A stretch of 64,000 bases of DNA from a virus. Its lineage: Duplodnaviria; Caudoviricetes. The notes beneath the pieces were generated by a model that was given only the letters and a program-made list of their open reading frames with translations, made no database searches and was not told the DNA's origin. The first letter of the stretch is position 1. Each line of letters opens with the position of its first letter. A program made the position numbers and the translations under genes. Positions 1 to 10,100 of this stretch are shown here, piece by piece. The DNA lies in the IMG/VR virus record IMGVR_UViG_3300014208_000026, positions 96,001-160,000 of that record. One strand, 5' to 3'.

Positions 1-3000
1 CGTGGGTTCCTTCAGTCTCTGTTGCCAGGGCTCAAGACGGCTTCAAAGACGGCCGGATTGGCGGATGATCTCGAAAACAGGGTCCAGGTTCTAATCAAGG
101 ACTATGAAGCAGCCCTGTCCGATCCCAAGGTCCGTAACAACTATCAGGCCATGGTTTCAATCGGGCAGGCTTTTAAGGATTGGTTCCTGTCGAAGTTCCA
201 AACAGGGTTGGCGAGGACTCCAGTAGGGGGTAAGACGGTCAAGAAGGCCGTTGATATGTTCCTGTGGATGGCTACGGCTGCTGTACACCAGGACGGGAAG
301 ACCAAGCGTTTGCGTGAGGGCTGGGACGAGTTCAAGCCTTTCGTTCCGGAACTGCTGAGGCTCTTTTCTCCCGAGGGACACCTTTCGGTCGAGACCGAGA
401 TCCAAGGAATCCATGCCGCGTACCTGAATCCAAAGGGACTGGCCACGCCCACTTTCAAGAAGTACGTGAAGGCCCTGGACGTCCTGTTTGGTTCCCTGCA
501 GGGCTGGAGAAAGAGGGCTCTCGTTGGAAACTTGAAAGTCGCCCTGGCTGGGGCGGATAGTTTCCGCGGGACCGCCTCTGGCAAGTACGTTACGGCCGAG
601 GATACCCTGTACGTGCGAGCTACACCCAACGTTCTGAAAAGAACTCCCGGGAAGTACGCCTCTCCCGACTACATTCTCATCCACGAGTTGGGGCACCGGT
701 ACGAAAAGAAGGTTGGGGCCAGTGTGGATTTCGACAGGGAAGCATGGCGCACGACTAGGTATAGCCTCACAGAGAGCATGTCCGGCCACTCTGAAGCTTT
801 TGCAGAACTGTTTGCCCTCGGGCATTTCGGTATCACCGAGTTGTCAGGCAAAGATTTCGGGAGCACTCTGGAGAAGTTCGAGAAGCTCATGACTACGGGA
901 AAGATGGCGTCCGTTACAGACAAGCTGTTCCGTCTGTACGAACGGCGGGGCGAGCTTCATTCGCAGTGCGGAATGCCGGACGGGGATGAGAGGTTCGTTT
1001 GTCCTGAGTGCGGCAAAGTGATTCAAGCAAAGTGCCCGGGTCCGCCCGAAGGAAAAACGGATAGGGCGGTGGTTTGCCGTGACTGTGAGCAGAACCTCAG
1101 GGGCACGACCGGACAGGTAAAAGTCGGAGGGATCATTGAGGCCCCTCCCAAGTTGGTGGAAGAGATCACGAAGTGGGCGTTCCACGTCACGGCGGAGAGC
1201 CGGATTCAGAATATCGATGAGACCCTAGAGTACCAGTTCAGGAACACCCCTCCGGAGAAACGCTCGAAAGGGCATAACGATCTGATAGCAAAAGAACGAC
1301 AGGAACAAGATTTCCTCAAAAAGTACCTCTCTAGCGAATATGCCGGTTGGGGGACCAAGCACCATTTCCGTGTGGCCGAGTACCTAGCAGGATGGAAATA
1401 CTTAGGACTTGGAAAGAAATCGGGTGGGTCTAGGGAGTACAACGACCAGACAACAATCGAAGTCATCCTAGTCCGTTATAACTACAAAGGCTACAATAAT
1501 GGCAGGGGTGGTTCCTGGGACAAAGATGCAAAAACTCTTCGGGTGTTCCTGCCCTATAGTTTGAAGCTTCAGCAGGACATCAGCGGTCTGGAGAATATGG
1601 TTGAGCATGAGTGCCGACATTTTGCTCAGTCCTACCTCCAAGATGCCATAGGGGTTGCGGAGGCAGGGTTTCCCCCCAGGAAGATTCGGACACCACAGTA
1701 CCAGCAGAACACCTCTCAACCTGGGCATAGGGGAGATCCCTCTCTCGAAGATCACAACCTCGATGATGTTGAGTTTTTCACGGACCTGGGGAGTGCGATC
1801 CGGGAGTTTAAGTTAGGGGTTTCTTTGAACAAGATTCCCAAGAAATCGTGGGATGAGGCTTTGGACGTATTCACGGGCGTAAAGGATAGGGTGTCGGGGG
1901 CTGCTGTTCTTGAGTCTGTCTTTTTCTATCACCTCAAGCACAATGAGAAGGCTCGTGGTAAATACCTCCGTGCGATCAAAGAAATCCGAAAAGCCATGCA
2001 GTACAAAGGTGGTAGGGCTGTCCTGGCTTCTACCGCTTCTCCTTTGCTCCAACTGAACGCCTCTGCCAGCAACCTGGAAACTCTCCTGGCCCAGTTGATT
2101 GAAGGAGCCCAGGACGCCAAGGCACTCGAAACTTCAATCGGGTTTAACCTTCGTGATCTCCCCAAAATGCTGGCCGAGGCAGTCCACAGCGACGATGATT
2201 ATCACAACGGGGAGTCTGTCCTCCAGCACACCAAGGAGGTTTTATCGGACCTGGAAGAGCATCTCGAAGGGCTCGACGCCATCCAGAAGCAAGTGTTCCG
2301 GCTGGTGGCGGTGCTCCATGACCTGGGTAAGCCCGTGACCCACGAGTTCGTGGAAGGGCACCACAGGTTCCAGGGACACGCTGATGTATCTTTGGAGATT
2401 GCCAAGGCCCTTCTCCAATCGTTCGAGGCGGAAGCCTCCGATCTGGTTAAGCAGATTCTGTTGCTCGTGAAGCACCACGATACCTTCCTCACCCTCATCA
2501 ACAACCGCGGGAACGCCACTTCCCCCGCCTACTTGAAGAAGTTCATGGCTAAGGAGATCGGGACGAAAGAGATCCTGTTGGACCTCGCTCGGTTTGCAAA
2601 GGCGGACTCCGCCCGAAGCAAGACCCTGGACAAAACCCTCAGCGATATCGCGGTTGTGCTGGGGGACGTAGACCGGTGGTTCGTCTTACAAGCGGAGAGG
2701 GAAGCCCAGAGGATTGAGCAAGAAGCACTGGCCTCAAAGAATCTTGTCGAGAGAAAGGACGAGATTCTGACCCTCTTGGAGTCTGCTGTGCCAGGGTCTT
2801 CGCAGCACTACCCCAATATCCAGGCTATCAAACGCGCTCTGGGGATGGCTAAGCAGTTTAAGGCCATTCGAGAGCTGGAGGACGTTTTGGGGCATAGGAA
2901 GACCGCAGCAGAGAGAGTCGCCTCCAGGTTCTTGAAACAGGCTACGAAGACGCCCGCCGAGAAAGAGGATGAGGCTGTTTCCGATCTGGTCAAGCCGGAC

Positions 3001-5820
3001 CCTAAATTAAAACCCCCCCGCTATGACCTTCGTAAGAGGCGGTTGGATACGGCGGACCCTGACCTGGATACCAGCAAAGAGGACAAGGACCTCTCTTTGA
3101 ACTATAAGAGGGTGGCTTTCGAGTGGTACACGGGACTCCCTGCGCTAGCCTCCCCTGCGAGGATTGCTTCCGCTTGGGTCTCAGCCGGAGTTGGAAAGAC
3201 CAAGCCCAAACAGACCGGTAAGAGCCAGAAGCGTTTGGAGAAGAAACAACGCAAGAACCCTTTGGCTTTGAAACCCGTCCCAGGATCTCCGCCTCCGCCT
3301 GCTCCTGGTTCGGCTAAGAAGACGGAAGAGCCGGAGCACAAGGCCGGAGACGTGTGGGAGACGGAAAAGGGCTGGACGGCCAAGAATCCAGACGGTAAGG
3401 CCCACGTCTTTACGGAAGAGGACGGTAAGGATCGGGCCCAGGCTTACGCCAAGGGCAAGGAGTACGAGGAAGAGGAAGATAAGAAGCCCGGATCCGAAGA
3501 GATGAAGCCCCCTGGAACGCTCAGCGCTAAAACCTGGGCTAAGCTGAGCCCTCTTCTAAAGAAGGACACCATCACAGAGGAAGATTTCCGGACAGCGTTG
3601 GGTACGGATAATATCTGGGGAACCATCAATCAACTAGATGGTCATATGACGGAGGATGCTGATGGTAACTGGCACCCTAAAACTCCGAAAGAATCTGAGA
3701 AGCCTAAACCTGAAAGCGAAACCAAGGAGCCGGATGAAGTAGCGCCGGAGGACAAGGCCCTCGATGATTTAGACAAGGATCAAGACGACAAGGATCTCGA
3801 TGATCTTGACAAGGAAGAACCCTCTGTCGAGGATTGGGTTCGAGGGATGAAGGATAAGGCCGGGTTCAAAGAGACGGTTAAGAGTTTGAAGAAGGTGTTT
3901 GATTCTGCAAAAGGTGAACTGTCAGGGGCAGAGGACTCCCTGTCTGTAGATAACGATATGGTCAGGGTCGTTCTTGAAGGTTTGGCTGTCCCTAAAGGGG
4001 TGTTTAAGACGGTTGGTGACATTCGTGATTTTGTGCAATCTGAGAAGACGCACGCCAAGCTGGTAGGAAAGCCGAAGGAGCCTGAGAAGAAACAAGAGCC
4101 TGAGAAGAAACAAGAGCCTGAGAAGAAACAAGAGCCTGAGAAACAGCTCCTCCCAGACACTAAGACGGAACAAGATAAGGGGAAGGGCGCTCCCGATACC
4201 GGTAACCCTGACAAGACCGAGCAAGATAAGGGGAAAGGTGCTCCCGCTTCCACTAACCCCAATGAGGATCCGGACCTCGATTCGTTGGACGATGAGCATT
4301 CCAAGAAAAGTAAGATAGGGGATTGGGTTGACTGGATGCCCAATGAGAAAGAGTTTGTCAAAGCAGTGGCTGGTCTCCATAAGGCTTTCGACCCGAAAGA
4401 GGGTCCGTTGGCTGCTTTGTCTACGGACACCTCCACGGAGGATCCTACTGTAGAAAAGGCTCTCGACGAGATCGGTGTTCCCAAGGGGACTTTCAAGACG
4501 GTCGGGGACGTAGCAGAGTTTCTCCAGAGTGAGAAATCCTATGCTGCCCGAGCCGGAAAGGCTCGCGCTAAGGCCGAAAAACACCTTTCGAAACTGGATG
4601 CTTTGGATAAGAAGAATATTGTCCTGAAGGGGCGAATGTTCCTAGAAGAGCAGGCGGAAGCTGGAAAAACAGACGAAGATCCGTTTAACGAAAGTGAGTA
4701 TGCTTTCGAGTTGGGGTTGCCTGACTCTGCATTCAAGACCTTGGGGCAGGTTAAACGTTTCATCGACGAACTCAGCGCCAAGGAAGGCGGCGAGCCTACA
4801 GAGGCTCAGAAAGAGAACCGTAAACGCCAGAAACAAAGAGACAAAGAGGTTAAGCAGAAAGCGTGGGACAGTCAGGTGAAGCAGCAAGAGTCTATCGGGA
4901 AAATCCTGAAGGGGATCGTTCCTGGCCCACGGTCCAGCGAAGACATGCATGCTCTGTCCAACCAGACTTTCGAGGCCGCCCATGCCCTGAACACAGAGGG
5001 CCGAACCGCTATGCTGTCGGAACTCAACAGCGAAGCCGCCCGTTACGACAAAGACTCTCCGGAGCACAAGCAGGTACAGAGGGCGATTGACGGTGTGTGT
5101 CTAGCACAGATTCTGAAGAACGAGGACGTCTCAGGGAGGCCCGAACCTTCGGAGTCTTTCATCCAACTCGCCAAAGTCCTTCATAGGAACGGTCATGCAG
5201 ACACTCTTCTGAATACAGTCGAGGACTTCACCTCTGCCGACAGTCGGAAGTACATTCACGACGCGATGGCAAATATGAGCGAAGCCGAGTTCGTCAAGTT
5301 CGCCGGAGGACACGACGGTCCGATGAAGGAACTTATCTCGACCATGACCGACCCGATGCTTTCAGAGGAACAGCGGGGCATGGCTCGCGAGTTCATGCAG
5401 GATGCAGCCCTTACCAACATGACTCTAGGGCATGCCCTAGTAGTTACCCACCTCAGGGGCCAGGAAGAAGGGGGCCAAGAAAGCCAAAGCAAAAAGAAGG
5501 CGCCTCAGTCTCAAGAGCAGAGGAGAGAAGCCGTCGCTAAGGTTGTCAACGCGGCCATGCAAGACCCTGCGTACACGCATTCTCGGGATCAGTGGCTTAC
5601 CTGCACCAAGACCGGTAAGTTCTTCGATGAGTGCAACGAACTCGCAGGCGAGACAAAACTTCGTCATGCAGCAGTTCTTCTGAAACATGCAGAAAAAGAG
5701 TTCGGTCCTATGTCTGACACGAATCCTGCCAAAGCCTTGATAGATAAGGCAATTAAGGACCACGATCCCACCGTTTTGGACATGGATACAGAGCCCGGCC
5801 TGATCAAACCCGCCGCCTAG
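1..5820 (+). CDS. Large multidomain protein (>=1932 aa, open at the 5' window edge): two HExxH zinc-metallopeptidase-like domains, CxxC zinc ribbon, HD phosphohydrolase, acidic/Lys-rich repeats; probable internal virion protein
   Basis: Frame 1 has no stop from base 1. Motifs: IHELGH...RYS...EAFAELF; CPECG...CRDC; EHECRH...DDVEF; HNGESVLQHT...LHDLGKP...HHD; RKTAAERVASRFL. Sits directly upstream of the head operon. Confidence 0.8.
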   Translation, partial: RGFLQSLLPGLKTASKTAGLADDLENRVQVLIKDYEAALSDPKVRNNYQAMVSIGQAFKDWFLSKFQTGLARTPVGGKTVKKAVDMFLWMATAAVHQDGKTKRLREGWDEFKPFVPELLRLFSPEGHLSVETEIQGIHAAYLNPKGLATPTFKKYVKALDVLFGSLQGWRKRALVGNLKVALAGADSFRGTASGKYVTAEDTLYVRATPNVLKRTPGKYASPDYILIHELGHRYEKKVGASVDFDREAWRTTRYSLTESMSGHSEAFAELFALGHFGITELSGKDFGSTLEKFEKLMTTGKMASVTDKLFRLYERRGELHSQCGMPDGDERFVCPECGKVIQAKCPGPPEGKTDRAVVCRDCEQNLRGTTGQVKVGGIIEAPPKLVEEITKWAFHVTAESRIQNIDETLEYQFRNTPPEKRSKGHNDLIAKERQEQDFLKKYLSSEYAGWGTKHHFRVAEYLAGWKYLGLGKKSGGSREYNDQTTIEVILVRYNYKGYNNGRGGSWDKDAKTLRVFLPYSLKLQQDISGLENMVEHECRHFAQSYLQDAIGVAEAGFPPRKIRTPQYQQNTSQPGHRGDPSLEDHNLDDVEFFTDLGSAIREFKLGVSLNKIPKKSWDEALDVFTGVKDRVSGAAVLESVFFYHLKHNEKARGKYLRAIKEIRKAMQYKGGRAVLASTASPLLQLNASASNLETLLAQLIEGAQDAKALETSIGFNLRDLPKMLAEAVHSDDDYHNGESVLQHTKEVLSDLEEHLEGLDAIQKQVFRLVAVLHDLGKPVTHEFVEGHHRFQGHADVSLEIAKALLQSFEAEASDLVKQILLLVKHHDTFLTLINNRGNATSPAYLKKFMAKEIGTKEILLDLARFAKADSARSKTLDKTLSDIAVVLGDVDRWFVLQAEREAQRIEQEALASKNLVERKDEILTLLESAVPGSSQHYPNIQAIKRALGMAKQFKAIRELEDVLGHRKTAAERVASRFLKQATKTPAEKEDEAVSDLVKPDPKLKPPRYDLRKRRLDTADPDLDTSKEDKDLSLNYKRVAFEWYTGLPALASPARIASAWVSAGVGKTKPKQTGKSQKRLEKKQRKNPLALKPVPGSPPPPAPGSAKKTEEPEHKAGDVWETEKGWTAKNPDGKAHVFTEEDGKDRAQAYAKGKEYEEEEDKKPGSEEMKPPGTLSAKTWAKLSPLLKKDTITEEDFRTALGTDNIWGTINQLDGHMTEDADGNWHPKTPKESEKPKPESETKEPDEVAPEDKALDDLDKDQDDKDLDDLDKEEPSVEDWVRGMKDKAGFKETVKSLKKVFDSAKGELSGAEDSLSVDNDMVRVVLEGLAVPKGVFKTVGDIRDFVQSEKTHAKLVGKPKEPEKKQEPEKKQEPEKKQEPEKQLLPDTKTEQDKGKGAPDTGNPDKTEQDKGKGAPASTNPNEDPDLDSLDDEHSKKSKIGDWVDWMPNEKEFVKAVAGLHKAFDPKEGPLAALSTDTSTEDPTVEKALDEIGVPKGTFKTVGDVAEFLQSEKSYAARAGKARAKAEKHLSKLDALDKKNIVLKGRMFLEEQAEAGKTDEDPFNESEYAFELGLPDSAFKTLGQVKRFIDELSAKEGGEPTEAQKENRKRQKQRDKEVKQKAWDSQVKQQESIGKILKGIVPGPRSSEDMHALSNQTFEAAHALNTEGRTAMLSELNSEAARYDKDSPEHKQVQRAIDGVCLAQILKNEDVSGRPEPSESFIQLAKVLHRNGHADTLLNTVEDFTSADSRKYIHDAMANMSEAEFVKFAGGHDGPMKELISTMTDPMLSEEQRGMAREFMQDAALTNMTLGHALVVTHLRGQEEGGQESQSKKKAPQSQEQRREAVAKVVNAAMQDPAYTHSRDQWLTCTKTGKFFDECNELAGETKLRHAAVLLKHAEKEFGPMSDTNPAKALIDKAIKDHDPTVLDMDTEPGLIKPAA
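4078..4146 (+). repeat. 18-bp coding tandem repeat GAGCCTGAGAAGAAACAA (EPEKKQ) x3 plus a partial copy
   Basis: Read directly in the sequence, in frame within the large ORF. Confidence 0.95.
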
Positions 5821-5844
5821 AACAAAATTCTTTCAATATCTTCT

Positions 5845-5864
5845 CTATAAAGTCTCCGTAGTAG
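5845..5864 (+). promoter_or_regulatory. Putative late promoter, CTAT-N12-GTAG class
   Basis: Matches a motif found upstream of nine structural-type genes. Confidence 0.65.
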
Positions 5865-5929
5865 TGAAGGGCTTTGTGGTTTTGAGCCACGAGCACGTTC
5901 TAACCATGACTTCAAGAAGGAGATTTCGA

Positions 5930-6517
5930 ATGGGAAAGCTGACGCAGAAGGGGGCGCTCCTCGTGACTCGTGACATCAACAAGCTTGCGGCTCTCTTGGA
6001 GGCGGACCACGCGACCCTCGGGATTTCCCAGAAGGTTGCCGCCAATATGGTCGAGCGGCTGGATCGTGTCGCGGACCATATCGAGCGTGTTGCCGGTCTC
6101 GACCCGCAGGACGAAGAGAAGAAGGACGCTATCCTGGCGTCGTTCGACCCCAGCAATATCGGCGAAGAGCAGTCCGGTCCGATCGAGACGGTCGAAGCGG
6201 ATGAGCCGTTCATGCAGGGTGAGTTTACCCAGCAGGAGAATCGTGAGCTGGCCGACCGTCAGGAAGCGGGCGCTTTGGGCACCACTCCGATTCTCACTCC
6301 GCGGGCTCCGACTCCTGGCAAGCAGGCCGAGCTGAAGACCGCCGCTGAGGCGTTCCTTCGCCTCGCCAATGCCGAGAACGTCAAGGTCGGTGCCTATCTG
6401 AAGCAGCACATGGCTGCTGAGAAGGCCGCTGCTGAGGCTAAGGCCAAGACGGCCGCCGAACTCAAGTCGAAGCAGGCTGCTCAGGGTAGCGGTCACGGTT
6501 ATCGGCTGGACGCCTAG
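5930..6517 (+). CDS. Hypothetical head-associated protein (195 aa)
   Basis: AAGGAG RBS before ATG 5930; strong codon bias; two KTAA motifs; in the head operon. Confidence 0.75.
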   Translation: MGKLTQKGALLVTRDINKLAALLEADHATLGISQKVAANMVERLDRVADHIERVAGLDPQDEEKKDAILASFDPSNIGEEQSGPIETVEADEPFMQGEFTQQENRELADRQEAGALGTTPILTPRAPTPGKQAELKTAAEAFLRLANAENVKVGAYLKQHMAAEKAAAEAKAKTAAELKSKQAAQGSGHGYRLDA

Positions 6518-6542
6518 TCTCTTTCTTTTGGGAGGTTCCCTT

Positions 6543-7160
6543 ATGAGGGAAACTAAGAACAAGAAGAGAGCACAACTGATCACCGACTACCAAGCTCGGG
6601 CCTCCGAGTTTGCGGTTGGTACCAGGGTGGCGCCGATCGGCGTGGACGTCTATTCCCATACGGGAGAGGTGAAAGCCGTTTTCCCCGCTATCGGTATGGT
6701 GGACGTGGAGTTCGCTTGGGGCTCGCAGCGTTTCCCTGTTGAGGACCTCAATATCATCGAAGACGCTCCGCTGGCCGCCCCTCAGCACGATTCTATTCCT
6801 GGCGGTCCGGCAAAGGTTTCCGTTCCTGGCGGTCCGACTCCCAAGACTGCGGCCCAGCGGCAGAAGACCGCCAAGCGGGTTGCCGAGGCTTTCGTAATGG
6901 CTTCCATCACGAAGAACGCTCTCTACTGGGGTGACAGGGATCGGAAGTACCGTGCGACCAAGAGGGAACTGGGTGAGGGCAATTACTTCTGCCCGAAGCA
7001 TCGTGACGTCCCGCTGCGTCCCGCCGTGTTCATGCGGGAGAACGGTAAGAGCCTGCGTCTCATGGGTTGCCCCGAGTGCATGTTCCTTATCCGTCGAGAC
7101 GATATCTGTCACGAGAAGCCCGTGGTGAACGTGACTGTGGAAATCGAGGGGGCTGAATAG
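6543..7160 (+). CDS. Hypothetical head-operon protein with C-terminal CPKH...CPEC zinc finger
   Basis: GGGAGG RBS before ATG 6543; KTAA and KTAKRVAEAF motifs; abuts the protease gene. Confidence 0.75.
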   Translation: MRETKNKKRAQLITDYQARASEFAVGTRVAPIGVDVYSHTGEVKAVFPAIGMVDVEFAWGSQRFPVEDLNIIEDAPLAAPQHDSIPGGPAKVSVPGGPTPKTAAQRQKTAKRVAEAFVMASITKNALYWGDRDRKYRATKRELGEGNYFCPKHRDVPLRPAVFMRENGKSLRLMGCPECMFLIRRDDICHEKPVVNVTVEIEGAE

Positions 7161-10100
7161 ATGGCTTTCCTGAAGTTCGCAAATGCACGAATCATCACGC
7201 CGGACCTTGGTGGTCAGGCGGGGTGGAAAAAAGTGCGTACCGCGGCTAAGAAAGCTGACGTGTCCCCCGACCTTTTGGAGCAGGCCAGCGGTATTCTCGG
7301 GAAGCCTTTCAATCCCGATGACTACCTGCTGACTCACTGCACCATCGTTTCGAGCGTCGACGTGGAGCCTGTTCCTGGGGCCAAGATCGGTAAGATCAAG
7401 GAGAACGGCTTTACTGTCAATCGTATCTACGGTGACTACAGGATCACTGAAGACACTTTGGAGCAGATCAACGCGAACAAGGATGCATGGGCCCGTGGTG
7501 TCATTCTGAAGTCCTACCAGACGTTCAGGGGTGGCCAGAATTTCTGTTTTGCTCCTGGCACTGAAGTTCTGATGGCTGACGGAACTTACCGTCCTATCGA
7601 GAAGGTAGTGGCAGGGGACGAAGTGATCACGCATACGGGTGAGGCTCATAAGGTCACTCAGACTTTTGTTAGGGATTTCGAAGGCCCGATTCAGGCTCTC
7701 TACGTAGACCGATTCAAGGATCCTCTTCTCGTTACGGGAAATCATCCGTTCAGAGCCATTTCTGTCACAGCTTCTCAGTTGACCTCTTACTCTGGAGCTA
7801 AGCTTTCTAGTCAGGTTCGCTATCGAAGAGATCAGATAGTAGACTCCCTTCGGGATGGAGAGGGTCATTTTGGTAAGGCGTTTCCGGCAGTCCGCGAGAT
7901 CAAAACTCTCCTGGCTAAAAGCGCTATGCTAGCCGGGGACATTGCAGAAGCGATGGGCCATAAGAGAACTTATTCTTCTGTCATCATTCAGAGAGTTCTA
8001 AAGCGGCACACAGACCAGTTTTTTTCCCGTCCTTTGCTTGTTTCAGAGTATCCGTCTTTACAGAAGGGGCGGTGGTGCAGTCGAGTGTGGGCTGTTAGAG
8101 AAGACGCCCCTGATTTGCCGGATACTGACGTGAAGGCAGACAAAGATTGGGTAGCTGCTGAGCATTTCAAAGCCGGGGATTTCATTCTCGGCCCAGAGCA
8201 AAAGTTAGGGCAGATATCCGAACCTGAGAAGGCCACTCTTCTTGGTTATTACCTTGCAGAAGGGTGCCGTCTTGATCCTCATAAGGATTATGGGGTGTGT
8301 TTGGTTTTCGGGGCACATGAGCGAAATCTCGTAGAGCATGCTGCGAAGCTGGCTGAAGGGTGTTTCCCGGGAACTACGGCTCATATTCAGAATCCTAAAA
8401 ATGGGGCTTTGAGAGTAGATTTGCGCGGTTCTGAGATTTGTAAGTGGATGGTTCGAAACGGCGGCATTTATTCTGAATCAAAGCGTCTCCATCCGGACGT
8501 TTTCTCTTGGGACAGAGAATCTCTTTTGAGAATGTTTGCCGCGTGGATGGCTGGAGACGGGGATCATCACAAAGGAACCTTACGTCTTCGTGGAGTTTCC
8601 GTGTCTCATGAGCTTGCACAGCAAATGCACAGAGTTGCTGAGTTGTGTGGGATAAAATCTTCTGTTGTTTTTACGCGCCAAAAAATTGGCGAGGTTTGTA
8701 GTCAAGTGACAATGGTTATTGGGGGTGAGCCTCGCGTTTTCAACGTGATTCCTCGGCACCACGTGTGGACTGTTTTGGTATCTAAAGACTCCACTCCTGA
8801 AGTTACTTGCCGGAATATTCGGTGGGGGGTTCCTCTACACGTTGTTGAAGATGTGCACAAACGTCAGGAGTTTGCTTGGTGGGGTGGTTGCAGGGTTCAT
8901 AGGGTAGATTCTAATGAGTCTATCCCCTATAAAGGTAAAGTGCATAATATAGAGGTTGAGGAAGATCATTCCTATGTAGTCGATTATGGTATTGCGGTAC
9001 ATAATTGTGAGCACATACAAATCACGGAACTTTCCAAGGGCCGCATCATCGATGCCGTAGCCCGTGACGTTGGGAATTCGATTTACGTGGATATCCTGAT
9101 TGCTACGGACAGGAAGCACACGGACCTCATTCGGGATATCAAGTCGGGTAAGATGGGCACCCTCTCAATGGGTTGTTTCCTCCCCGGGACTCAGGTGTCT
9201 CTGGCTGACGGTAGTCGTGTAGCAATCGAAAACGTGCAGGCTGGAGACAAGGTTCTGACGCATAAGGGCCGTGCTCGCGAAGTGCTGAACAAGCAGGTTC
9301 GTGAGGGCGTGTGGAACATCCGGCGTATTCAGGTAGCCGGGGTTTCGGCTGTGATCACTGCAACGGACAATCACCCCTTCTACGTGCTTCGTGACGAGTG
9401 GGAGTGGATTCGGGCCGACGAACTTCAGGCAGGAGATCTCCTGTGTGTTCCTGTGGGGGATCAGACCGCTTCTGTTGTTCTTTCTATTGAGTCTGGTACC
9501 TACGAAGGTCCTGTCCATAACATGGAAGTGGCGGAGGACAACTCCTATGTTGTGGAGGGAGTCGCTGTTCACAACTGCACGACCGATTTTACTATCTGCA
9601 CCAAGTGCGGGCACGTCGCTGTCGACGATACTGACCTCTGCAGCCACATTAAATACGAGAAGGGCAACACCTTCTATTACCCCGATGGGAAGAAAGGTAT
9701 TGTTGCAGAGTTATGTGGGCATTCTTCAATCGATCCGACCGGAGGCGTCTATTTCATCGAAGCCTCTTGGGTTGGTAAGCCCGCATTCCTTGGCGCTGTG
9801 CTCCGTAACATCATCGAGGCCAGGGAAGTGTCGCCCTCTACCCGTAAGAAGGCTATGGAGGTTCTCTCCTCCCTGCCCCCGCAGTGGACTACGAATGGCC
9901 GTAAGAAGGCCGCCAGCATGTACCTCAGTGCTTTCGACGACGGGATGGATGAAGGGACCGAAGAGGCTCCGGCTGAATCCGAAGGAGCCCCTGCAGAGTC
10001 CGAAGGAGCCGCGTCTCCCTGGTCCGATCTCGAAGACAAGATGGTCCAGAAGATTCTCCAGAACGTCGAGAAGAAGCTGTCCGACCAGCTAGGTCCGGAC

